This document shows positions 47,519 to 60,200 of a stretch of DNA of 64,000 nt, piece after piece. Within the stretch, counting starts at the first letter, position 1. Each line of letters opens with the position of its first letter. A program made the translations under genes and the position numbers. The notes beneath the pieces are model-generated. The model was not told the origin of the DNA. It saw nothing but the letters and a program-made list of their open reading frames with translations, and did not search any database. The DNA comes from Centroscyllium fabricii (Eukaryota), in NCBI GenBank assembly GCA_051313645.2, contig JBNRSN020000012.1, positions 32,488,001 through 32,552,000 of the forward strand. Reading direction: 5' to 3'.

Positions 47519-50500
47519 GTCAGTATTTTCGAAGGATCATTAATCCATTTTTATTTCATTTTCGGTGTTCAAAAGTTAATAAAATAATGTTTGCGGTTTA
47601 ATACCGGTGGGAATTCAATCCAAATGCTCAGCGAAGCTGGGCTTTATGTGACTTGGAAAATAGCCTATTTTACAGCATTTCTATAAATCACACAGCTCTG
47701 AGAACTTTGTAATGTTGTGGATAATACATAATTAATAATGTTTTAGCTGTAAACGCTCTTCCGGTTACAGATAATAAAGCTGCCCTGATTCAATTTCTAC
47801 CGATATTAAACGCCATTAGATTTCTTCCTTTCAGTTGCAGTTAAAGGTTGTTACAAAACATGACACTCAGATCTCTGAGAACACTGTTTTGACGTTAAGT
47901 AGGGTCCAGTGGAAGCTTTTTGCCGATGATTCAGAATTATTAAAGAGTAGAATACATTGTCTATTTTGTTCTGTTGTTTTTTTGTTAGGATCCACACACA
48001 TAACAGTATTATTTTAAATCATTGTATGTTGTATCTGTACTGCAAGTGTGTATGTGCTCAAGGTAATCTACTGGCCGTATTATTTTAAAAAAAATCTGAA
48101 CATGTTATAGGCCTAAGACTAATGAAAACAAATGTGCAGGCCTACGTTCCGAAAAATGTCATTTGCAGAACCATTTGTGAAACTGGGACATGTGTCAAAA
48201 ACATCTGCTGGCTCCACTTAGCAGCGAGTAAACTGAGTCGCTCGAAGCTTACTCGAAGCTGCATTTGAACTTCCCAAGCCAGAGTAATTTAGAAGTAATG
48301 AAACCGCACTTATAAAATTTTCACACTCCCTGGAATAGCCCCTATTAATTGTTTTTTTTTACAGCAGCGGTTCGATACTTGCTCCCTGTATTGTAGTCTT
48401 GCCTTAAGCGCGGCCTTGCTCGGCTACAAGACAGTGGAGGGGAAATTGCAGATCGGAAAAATTCCCCACCGAGTTACTCCTTAAACGTTGGACATTTTTT
48501 CAATGTTATGATCCATTCTGTGTTAGCAAAACGTGTTTTCTTGGTTGGTTTCCTTTGCGGCTGGTGTATAGTTGGCGGAGGGGAGGATGGGGCGGGGGGG
48601 GGGGGGGGGGAGATTCTCCGTGAAATCAGCAGACACAATTTAACCCGAGGCACTTTGCTTCCCCTGAAACTTGTAAACTCTTCCCAAACTGTCCGCTTGC
48701 GATCTTTTCTTGGTTCTACCTCAATTATCTGCTGTAGTTATTCGCTCTATAATTATGCCATGTTGGTTGACGTTTTGTTGGAATTGAAGTGCATTTTCAA
48801 TGTACATCGGATCACGAGGTGGTTTGTGGGCCTTTTTTATAGGTACAATCCCGGTCACATTTTGAATTCAAAACATAATTTTCCCTTTTACAGTATAAAC
48901 TAAACATTGTCGATGGCGCCAATAAATTGAAGCGTATGTGTAAACAAAACAAAATACTTAGAGCACTGTTGCAGCAGTGATAATGTGTAAAATGGATATT
49001 GCAAAAAAAAAAAATTCAGGTAATGATATTACGTTTAGTACTTTTAAATAGTCTAACGTATAATACATAAAATGCATGTGTTGTGGGTGCAGAAACTGAC
49101 TGTGCGCATCTGACACTTGATAGCATTGTATTGTGCTCGCCTAAACAAACTTTCCCAGCACTTCATCGACTTCAGTTCAGCAGTTTAGTGTGCTGAGCAC
49201 TTAATTTACAAGAGCAATTCATTCCACCGGCCGCATTGCTATTTAGTTAAAAATAATGTAGTATCCAATAAAGGAGCTGTGTGTTTAGTAGCGTCGAATG
49301 CTCGCACATTCCCATATTTCAGTTAAATAGCGATCTCCATATGTTGCAATTAATCACTGTAATTGTGATAAATATTGCATTTCTCTTTCAGTTTAAAATT
49401 GCAAACACTAATGTTACTAAATTCTTAAATAAAAAATAGCAAGTATAGTAATTCTATTAACAAAGTAATTATCTTGTAAAATATTCATGCCGTTTGATTG
49501 GCTTCAGTCCTTTATAGGCAAATTTTATTGAATTGAAATCCCGAACCTTTTACATTATTTATTTCAACAAGCATGAAAAGATCGCCTCTGGGTAAACAGA
49601 GGCTTCAGTAGTTTTGTCACCTCGGTTATAAAATATTACCGTATAAAGTCTAAATCTAGAATTAAACATGGGTATTAAAAAGATTGATTAGAACGCGCAA
49701 ACAGCTTGTAGAGTTTATCACCAGGTAGCCATTTTTTTCTAAGTTATCCAATGCAAAGTTTAAATTCAATTTCAGGGAGGCTTTTTTTCGACTTATTTAT
49801 TTTCGCCAGGCCTAAGCTAACTGGTGAGATGACACTTAACAAGGATTGGTCGCAGTTAATCTTACATTACTCACTCCTTTATACACAGCATTAATAGTGA
49901 AGAAGGAGAAATGTGTAGCCAGGAGGAGTTTAGAGCTCTCGGGAATTGGCAGAGCAGACTTCATGCTCGTAGTGTCGGACGCTCCAGACACGGCACAATA
50001 ACAGTGTTTATGAGTCTGGGCTTCCCCATGGGTCCACTAACTTACTACTAGCTTGTACTACACTAATATCGTTGATTGGTCGTCTCAACCTAGCAAGTGA
50101 AGGTCAAATTATTCTAACGGCTTTCTGAACGTTTGGCTAATTACGGTGTAATATTAAATCGACATTTTGAGAGTTCGGTGAAGGGTCTCTGTTGTTAAAG
50201 CACGTAGCTGTGCACTGTAGCCGCATTGTTTTACATTTACCACAGATAGTTTTTTTTTAATCTTAGATTTAATGATGTTGCAATGTTTTATTAGAATGGT
50301 CATAATTAAAGTTTTTAAAAAAAATGTTTGTTATTCCCCACCCCTGCAGTTTCAGAAATCCATTGTAAGCCACTGTGAGCAAAGTGACTGCTGTTTAGGC
50401 CTGGGCGTTAAACATTGCTTTAACTTTACCAACAAGGATAAACTATTACTGCACACCGTATCCGCAAGAACGTGCCTGCAACATATCACTGCAATGTGAA

Positions 50501-50655
50501 TTCCTCAATTAGCTCATTTAATATTTTATTGAAGCGTGTGTTAGCGGGTTACGTTGTCGTTTTAATAGTGGAGGATAATACCTTTATGTTAATAATAATT
50601 GGTAATACCTTAACGTTTCTGACTCATCACTCTGCCTCTTGTGGTTTTCTTTTAG

Positions 50656-51092
50656 GAGAAAAACCCTTCAAATGCGAGTTTGAAGGCTGTGACAGACGTT
50701 TTGCTAACAGCAGCGACAGGAAAAAGCACTCTCATGTGCATACAAGTGACAAGCCCTATAACTGCAAAATAAGAGGCTGTGATAAATCGTACACGCACCC
50801 CAGTTCCCTTCGTAAGCACATGAAGGTCCACTGCAAATCTCCTCCTCCCAGCTCGGGCTACGAGTCCTCCACCCCTTCGCTGGTATCTCCTTCTTCGGAC
50901 TCGGGCCGGGACCCCCCGGCTTCAGCCTCCCAGCTTGACCCCATCTCATCTTCCCACGCAGCTAACCTGAGCGAATGGTATGTGTGTCAAAGCACAGGAA
51001 CAAGTGGTATTCCAACACCTCCAAGCAATTCATCTTCACCTGGACCAGGAGAGCACGCTTACAGAAACTCTGACCCCAGAACTATTCACTAA
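50656..51092 (+). CDS. ZIC4: Zic4 coding exon 2 (zinc fingers 4-5 and C-terminus)
   Basis: Acceptor ttttag|GA GAA AAA; ...[49 protein letters not shown]...[10 protein letters not shown]...TAA. Total CDS 1162+437 = 1599 nt = 532 aa. Confidence 0.94.
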
Positions 51093-51814
51093 CCGGGAAC
51101 CTAAGGCCACTTGGACATGCATCCACAATAAGAAACACTGACTAAGTCTTTGTTCCTCTGATGTTTGCAATGCCATACGCTCTGCAGCATTTGACTTGAG
51201 GAACTACTTGAGTTTCTGGAGGCCGAGCGCCTAGGAAACGTGAAAAATGATGTAATGCACTGGCATACAAAAAAGATAAAGACATGTATTAAAGAGAAAG
51301 TGTCCCTAATTGTAACCTTACACAAGTTGCAGATAATAGTCAAGAACTACGCATCTTGAACAACACAGCATCACTTACAAGTGCTCCCCACCATATAGTA
51401 CTGTTTTCACTAAATGTTGTATAAAGAAAATCGTTGTTCGATTTATCGTTATTATTTTTCTCTCTTCTGGAAGAAAATACACTGCGATATCGATTTGTTA
51501 AGAAAGTATGTTGCATTTCTTTTTGAAAGCCAGAAGGGTGTTAGAGGATATTCTGTACACCTGATGTGAATAGTAATGAACAAAGGCCTTTGTAGGCTGA
51601 AACAAAATGGATACTGTCTCTTTAAAAGCCTGCCTAGCCTTTGACTTTGTTTAAACATTTCTGCAAACTACATTTTCGTGTTAGACATTTTTTTTGTTGC
51701 AGAATAAGCCTGTAAAAGCATATAAATATTGGTATTGACATATACAGCGTGTGTTAAGTATCTCGTTTCTTTTTCTGTTTTGTTTTCCTTGAAATAATTT
51801 ATTTAAACTGTTAC

Positions 51815-51820
51815 AATAAA
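51815..51820 (+). terminator. Candidate Zic4 polyadenylation signal AATAAA
   Basis: AATAAA ~720 nt after the stop codon in an AU-rich 3' region, followed by U/GU-rich sequence. Confidence 0.45.
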
Positions 51821-52640
51821 ACACATTTTTGTACAAATGAACCAAAGTGTTTTATTGTAGGGCGATTAGACAGTGTACATTTTTTTCTTAGATTATTTTA
51901 AATAATTAGCGTGTCTTCTGTAAATTATAGTGTTTTATAAATGGAGGTTTGACTATGTAGGATCATTTTTCTTTCTGTATTTTTGATCCTGTTTTGATAT
52001 ACATGGGTACTGGTTTGTAATAAATTGATAATAATAGAAATGCTGTTTAAAAACTTTTGAGAAATGGGCCCATTTGTTGTTAATATGTATAGTAAAACAT
52101 TGGTTCTGTCTTATCCCTGTGACACATATATTCAACCACCACTAAAGAACAAGCTCTAACTCATTGACTTGGTCTAATTTTTTTTTTGTAGTCAGGAGCA
52201 ACACACATTTTAGTACGTTTGTTTTGCGCTACAAGCACGATTTTGTTAACGCGCATTCTCGTTAAAATGTAACATCGGCGAAGCACATTTTTTTTTGTGG
52301 AACCCTTAAAAATAGTTGGTGAAAAAGTTGTAAGACCGAGGTATTGTTACGGTGAAATCCTACTGTTTAAGCAGAAATCGTTGTACTGAAACCACTTTGT
52401 ATTTTGCCAATGTACGAATGAACTGTGTATAGTTTATAATTGTATTGTCAAAAACTCACAAGTAAATGCGTCTTGTAAAAAAATAAATTTTGTAAAATAA
52501 AATTTTTAAATGGCTGTTTGTTACACTTTACAATGAAAAATATACCATCACGCAGATGCCTACTACGCATTACACATATAGATGATAGTAGGTGGATAGC
52601 TAGATACATGTATACAGATACATAGGTAGATACATAGGTA

Positions 52641-52707
52641 ATAACAACAAAAATGCTGGGAAAATTCAGCAGTTCAGGCAACATCCGTGGAGAGTTTTGT
52701 TATCGTC
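52641..52707. mobile_element. 67-bp retroposon remnant, possibly a second Penelope-like family
   Basis: 14-bp flanking direct repeat TAGATACATAGGTA (52627-52640 / 52708-52721); core AAAATGCTGGGAAAATTCAGCAGTTCAGGCAACATCCGTGGAGAG. Confidence 0.45.
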
Positions 52708-53019
52708 TAGATACATAGGTAGTTGGTTGATACACCGAAAATATATTTATCACATTTAAATTCTTTTGATTAAAACATCGCACAAAACATTTAATCAACA
52801 CACAAAATTGATAAACCACGACTGTGCACAAATTAATTTTGTATCAGTGTAGTGCAAATATCCCCCTTGTGATATGCTTGATGGCTCAAAGATCTATATT
52901 TCACCAAAAATAGTTATCCTTTGGGGATCCCATGAACTGGAAAATAAACTTTTTTTTTACTCAAATGCAAGTAACGATTTATAATTGAAATGTGAACTCT
53001 CTCTGTCTCTCGCCATTCC

Positions 53020-53042
53020 TCACACACACACACACACACACA
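53020..53042. repeat. (CA)n microsatellite
   Basis: Direct reading. Confidence 0.9.
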
Positions 53043-56000
53043 AAGACTTAACGAGGGAGTTTAAGGTTGGTCATAAGCAGTTCTCGAAGACTAGTCGTTT
53101 TCTCTTCAGGGTTTTCTGCTATGGGTCCTAGCAAATGGGAAGACAACGTGTTGCACAGTAAGGGGACTAGGTTGCTATGCAAGATAAATAAAATGGGGTT
53201 AATATATTCGTTTCCCCCTCAGAGAAAGCCTAATCTACTATATCTTCCAGTAAAGTCGGGACAGCTGTGAAAAGATATTAATAATCCAATCATCTTTTCC
53301 CCAGTTTGCACCACCAGTGACTGAGGCTGTCTGACTTCCTTCGCAGCTCATTCTCTAATTACGTTTTCCCCGAGATCTGGCGCAGAAACCAGTGCAAGCC
53401 AGAAATAAAAGTAACCATGAAAAAAAAATTAAAATAGAGGACACCCATCTTCAGAAAGACGTGGCATCCATGTCTTACAATAACCAAATTCACGCGAAAG
53501 ACATGGAGAGCAACCGAAAGTTTTTTCGATGAGCAATTGAACCAGAAGTTGAGCCAACGGAAGAATAATAATAAAGTCCATAAAAGTTGAGTAATAGTAT
53601 GGATAGTTAGGCTTTTATTTGTTGCAATCTACTTTAGATCAGATTAAATTGGCGTGTGATATGTTAGCTAGAAAACGATAAAACTAATGACATGGACTTT
53701 TGGGCAATTTTTCAAAGTTTTTGGAGTCGCAGATGGTACAAAAAAGTCATTTTATACCCAAGTTTATAAATTGAATTAATTACGGTGGGTAGTTCTTCAC
53801 CTTTAATTTTTCATTTACTTGTTGCAGATGTCCACCCAGTTGCTATAGGTAATCCAGGCAGCCGCAACTCAAAAGCCTGAATATTCTCGTGGAGACATCA
53901 AAGCAGAAAAATCTACAATGAAGTATTTCTTCGCAACGGTGAATCTTCATGGTGAGTTAGGATTTCTATGGCAATAGACAAGTCATACTTAAATACTGAA
54001 AGCCAAGTCTGGAGCTAGTCCAGTCTTTTCATTAAGGACGGAATGTTTACGTCTTAAGAACCATATGTAAGCAAGTTTGTGTGTGTGTATCTATAAGTGT
54101 GGAGATATATATATATATATATTTGTTACGCTGTTCAGCTCATTGTTATATAACTTTAAACCGCAAAGAAACCCTCACGCGAAGCATGACTTGTACCAAA
54201 TTCAAATAAAACGTCAAATATAACTTCCAACCTCCCCCCCCAAAAGAAAGCGAGGATTTGAGTTAGAATGCCAATTAACTTGCTATTTCCCGTTTCTATC
54301 TGCTATAGTTAATCAGGGGGCGAGTTAAACTTTCTGTAAACTTTTTAAAGGACCAGGAGAATTTTTTTTCTCTACAAAGAACGAGAGAGAAAATAAAAGA
54401 CACAAGGACTCTAATCAGACTCGGGCTGTTCAAAGAGCCGGGTTTTAGAATTCCAAAGTGTGAGTTTTATGGTACATCAGCACCGCACGCTAGGATCGCT
54501 ATGGTAATGAACGGAGCAATGGCAAACTGCCTTCAAAGGAGGCACACTCGATTCGAGACACTCTATTAAGATACATTTGCGTTGACCTTTGGTTTCATGC
54601 TAGGTTAGTACAGTCAATCTTCACTTCATCATAATCTTTAATATTTTGAGGTTGAGGCGAATTCTCAGGCGGATTAGGGACGGCTTGAATCGAGTTGGCT
54701 TGGCTCCTCGGAGAGGGAGCCCAGCGGGTTCGATCTGGGACCTGGGAGCAGATAAGTTGGGGATTCGTCTTTTAGTAATTGTCTTGTTGTTTATTTTATA
54801 CAAGTACCCAGTGAATGGCGAAAAATAAACACGATGAAAAATAACCAAACAGTCGAGTCCTCTTTAGTGAAAACCCTTGTGGCTGAATAAAGAGGATGGT
54901 ACAATCTCTATTCAGGGCAGAAGTCTTTGAAGTGGGAGTTATTATCTAAGGGATTCTTCCTCGTCGTCTTAACGACGCTGATGAAACGGAAAGCGTTCTT
55001 TGTCAGCGATTTGTTCCCCTCTCTGTCAAGCGTTTTCTGTCCGTTAGTTCTGAACCGTTTCTAAAGAGATAAAAGATGGAAAGACTTGTATTACTACCTT
55101 GAGCAGACAGGGCAGTGTTAGAACTGTTGCTACATTTTAGATTGAACGACAATTGTGCTGCTGTTTCTGGCGTACCTGTTCAAATCCACCATCAAACATT
55201 AGTGCAGTCCGGCACCTTCAGAATGTGTATAACTGTGAGAGTAACTATTCTAGAAACAGAGCGACGACATGAAGGGTTACTACTACCTTTGAGTGATGTG
55301 AAAAGGGGGAATTATTTATGATTTTTTTCCTGTCATTTAAACATGCATACAATGAAAACTTCCTGCATTGAAATCGACCCTTTTATTTTCTCGCAGCAGC
55401 GTAATATCAACGTTGAGAAACATTCTTTTAACAAATCTCGGGTTTTGTATTTCAAACTCCTGCACGGTCGCCATTTTGTTCAATGCAATTTACTCCAGAA
55501 TTGTATTAAGCTTTAGTGGCAGTAATCTCTATTACTCCGAGGCATTACAGTTGCTCTTCCCGTTTTAGTTGCTTTCCTTCCTCGCCATTATATTAAAAAG
55601 TCATGCTCTCCCATTTTGTCTTTCAGTTCCTTTTTTTTTTAAGTTTGAAATTGGGGACGGAAAAAAACTTTATTGAACAAAGTGTATTAAAAGTAAATCC
55701 AATCGGCGCAATAATATGGCTCGCGTTGGATATGAAATAAATTAACTCATTACACGTCATCCTTTTAGTTTACAACTCATTTACAGAATCATTTTGCACA
55801 GTGGAGTAAAATCAGCACAGTAAATATGGATTTCTTTGCCCTTGCTGTTTACTATCCCTGAACGAATTTAGGGCCGAGTTCTCCTGGGTAAATGCACCCC
55901 CCACCCCCCACCCCTACAATCACTTGTAATGTCTGCACCTTTTGTTTGCTGTTCACTTTTTGATTATGTAGTTTTTTTTCTCCAAGAACACGGCAAATCG

Positions 56001-57190
56001 GCACTATACAAGAAGTGCTGGGCATTAGATTGCGCCTGACACCACTAAAAAGGAATCTGTTAAAAAGCATTCAACCTGAAACAGATTCTTTCAGCCGTTT
56101 TTTTCACAAAACCTTGTTTAACAATATAAGCTAGTTTTAATTAAACTATTCATAGCTCTATCCCTGTCGCTTTTAAAACTGGCCACAATTCCGTCCTGTT
56201 AGTTTCCATGTTAAAGTCCACGCTAGGTTAGGCCTGAAGAAACAATGGGCATCTAACTTTTAATCGTGAATTCTTTCGGCTGGGACTATTACAGCATCGC
56301 GTCGCAAATCAATCGTTTCCAAATCTGTGTAAATTGTCAGTGAAATAAGTTCGCAGCTTACTCCTTTCGTAAATAGCTGGTTCTCGACGTGACAGACAAG
56401 TTGCAATTTGCAAGAAAGCAATGTTCTAATGAATTCATTACCATGATTACAGAATTTCGTCCAGTATAACCCTCCCCCAAGTCCTGGAAGCATTTTCTTA
56501 TCTTGCATGGACGTTTGGGGGCCTTAAATTGAAACCTGGGTCTCAGACAAATAATTCATTATTGTCAATCAAGTCGAAAGGAATTATTGGCAGCTGCATT
56601 AAGTACATAGTGGTTCTTAATAAAATATCATAATGGATACAGAAAATCACATCGAATTGCTGTCAAAAGTGCGAGATATTTATTTTAATCGACAGCCTTA
56701 CACACTCTTGCTGCATACTGATGACTTTTAAGGTCAGCAAGTTTTTGCAATAGTTACTCAGACAGAGTTTGCTGACAGCACGTCTCTTAATGTAGATGTT
56801 AAATGACTGGGGGAGACATTTCCTCGTATAACTAAAGCTGAAACAAAAAATTAGGGCTTGTATTGCATTATATTATCTTTGTATGAATTGCAACACGTAG
56901 CTGACAACTTCAAGATGTAATCTCACTCTATTAAAATATTGTTTGATTGCATCGTTTAACTCAAATTGTTTTGAGTCATGTGGTATCACGTCGAGTGAGC
57001 TGCTTGCCCCAATCAATAAATAGAAAACTAATGGAGCTTTTATATGCACATCTTCTAAAAAGTGTTGCATGCACAAATTTTCTTTTGGCTGGGAACAGTT
57101 ACACGCCAGTGAAATAAATGGCATGTGAGGTACCCAGACGCTGGCAAGGCATTCAGCGACACGATTTTGTTAACAGTCGGGTTTTATATC

Positions 57191-57290
57191 CATAATGTGG
57201 AGGTGCCGGTGTTGGACTGGGGTGGACAAATGCAAGAAGTCACACAACACCAGATTATAGTCCAACGGTTTTATTTTAAATCACAAGGAA
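57191..57290 (-). mobile_element. Penelope-like element, copy E (single arm, truncated at the ribozyme 3' edge)
   Basis: TSD GGGTTTTATATC (57179-57190 / 57291-57302); same tail as copies A-D. Confidence 0.78.
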
Positions 57291-60200
57291 GGGTTTTATA
57301 TCAGTCGAATGGTTTTGTCCTTGATGGGCATCTTTTAAAACATAAGCGTAGCAGCAACGACTAAACAAGTAAAACCATTTTAGTTCACCTGAGCTCCCCG
57401 TTTAACCTAAAAAAAAAATCACAGCCCAGCTCCATAATCCCGTTAAAACACATCGGAATCTAAAGCTACACGCATGCGCTCTGTTTTACGGTATGGTTGC
57501 TGGTGAAGTGAGCAAGCAATTTTTCCGGTGACTTAACAATTTTTGTGTCTAATTTATGAACCTTTACGGACCATATGGATGCATAAGTTATCAAAACGGT
57601 GAAAGTCGACATCTAATCCCACGTTCGCTATATGTTCACACACTTGCTTACTTTGAAATGTGTCCAAAATGGTGGCCAGAGAAAAAAAATGAAGAGGTGA
57701 CAACACTTACTAATTAATCCACACGGTGAAAGGCTATAATGCTTGACTGAGGATATGCAGTTATTACACTTGACTATAGTCAACAAGAGATGGAAAGGCA
57801 CGTTGGACAACATGGTGAGAGACGTGTGGCCATCATTAGTGGTTCCTTTATTGACAGTGGCTTTTCTTCCTCATCATTGACAAACCATTTTGGAAGGATT
57901 CATCCCCTGTTGCTTCCTATCATCCACCTCATCCAAGCTTCTGGAGAGCATTAATTAACGTCCATTCACTGATAAGTCCTGACAACAAAGCAATGCATGT
58001 AGAAGGGACTAGCACCCCGAAACAATACGGAGACCAGAATGCAAAACTATGAAGAGGGCAAAAAGTAATCAACTCATATTTATACCCCGCATCCTGATTT
58101 TCTAAGCAATCCTTTTTTGGGAGTGCAGATTTTTCGATTTTGCACGTGAATCCCCAAAACACGGCGCCTTGTTGCCTCGTTTCTAATGACTGCTATGCAT
58201 AAAACGTGACGTCAGAATTTATAAGCTAAACGCAATTTTAGCCACCGATCTGTTAAAGCACAGTAACCGCACACTCGGTCACCTTCTGAGCCAATACCCT
58301 TATGATAAGCGGACCGTGCTCTGTCCCCTTCACTGCCCTGTATTTGTACGAATTAGATGAAAGTGATATGTGATCGATAACGAATGAGACATTCTATAAA
58401 CAGCGATTTTAATTTTACTTTCCCTCCTTAGGTTTCTTAAGGTTTTTATTTTAAAGATTTTAACAGCTTCTTGCGGTGTCGTTGTCTAACATTTAGTTCG
58501 AGGCGTGGATCCGTAATGTGAGCAGTTGAAAAAAAACATCACAGACATATCTGGTACATATATTAAAAAATAAACACCTCAACTGTGGCTTCGAATGAAT
58601 TTCCCAGGGAAAGGCTCACCTCTATTTAAGGCGCACACTGTTAATAGAGGAAGAGTTTCTTTGGGAGTGATAGACATCCATGTCATTTTAGTCAATGCTA
58701 GTCTACAGATATCAGATTGCAAGACAAGCAAATTATTGGTCCAACATTTCATATTCCGTGCGCTCCAGCTCAACTCGGTTTGATCCTGCCATGTTCATTA
58801 TCTTATTTTTTTTTCAATCTTTCTTTATATATGGAAGAAGATGCGCCTTGCAACTTGGTTAAGAAAAAAGCCGCCACAATGTAATATTGCTTAATAACTC
58901 TTGGTTATAGTCAAACTAATAAGAACTAGAAATAACGGAAGATCGTTTCTTATAAACAACATTTGTCCGAAGCAATCACCCCTGGTAGAGATTCTGACGT
59001 CTTCAATGTCACCCACATGACTGGTTAAGACCGTATAGCTTCGGTAAACCTTTGAAGCTGTGGACCATATGTTGATTTATACAGATCATAATAAACCATG
59101 GTAACATCAGATATTATGTGGTGAATGCGGTACCTAAATACGCGAGCTAAAAGCGCGCTAGCGAGTAAGGACAAAACAAGGCACTGTTTAACTGACTAGT
59201 AAACATTGAACTGAGACTCCATAGAATCCAAATGATAGTTAACATTTATTTACTCTCCCAAACAGGCAATAAACATTTGAAAATCTTTTAAATAGTTTTT
59301 AATTTTACGGCCATTCCAAAAACATAATTAAACGCCTACATCTTAAGACCGCTTTTCAGTTTTATTTCTATGTAAGCGATTTTTATAATAAAGAGGTGTG
59401 TCTCAAAGATATCGTGAAATGTACTTTTCTTTTCCGACTTCTGGAGGAATCATTCTTAAGAAAACGCACCAATAATAGAAAGGGCCTTGACATCTGCAAG
59501 TCTGTAATCCTGACATTTTTAATATTTGAAGGATTACATTTGCAGTGTATTTAACAAAATATCGAAGCAGCAAAACTCAGTTCTGCTCAGTTGATGAACA
59601 ATGATAATAATGACATTTTATGTTTTAGATATTAAAATAAAAAAAGGTATGCTGTTAAAATTGGATAGTTCTCGTGCAGCTTAAATAGACCACCACAGAC
59701 ATATTGCATACATATTCTATACATACTGGGATTCCGTGTTACATGATAATAAACATTAAAACTAATCTTGCTGGTGTTTACTAGCTGTATCAAGTACAGA
59801 CCCGATTAAAAGTCATATTTACAGTCCTATTTCTAACAAAACATTGAAACGGACCTTTAAATCATGTTCACCGCGACAGCTATTTCAATGGCGCAATTAT
59901 GAAACGGCACAGTACAGTTTAAAATACCCAACATTTCCATTTGGCGTGTGGAACACAGGAAGTCGAATGAAAACATAGTAAAAATTCTAATAAATCATCC
60001 ACAAGTAAGGTAGCATTCGCCAAAATGATCTCGACGAATGAATCCAGCGCTATTTTCTTTTTAACATCTACAAATGTCTTCTGAATTATATTTTCTTCAA
60101 CTATTGTCAATAAATATCGTGGAAAAGATGTCTGGATAAGCAAATTAGGATAATAGCGGTGGAGTATTTCTTAAAGGTTCATCCACTGCCACTGATAATT

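Noticed and set aside
57780-58010. Putative conserved enhancer (also ~16360-16560, ~35080-35400, ~63780-63850)
   Set aside because: Motif-rich appearance only; conservation cannot be shown without alignments.
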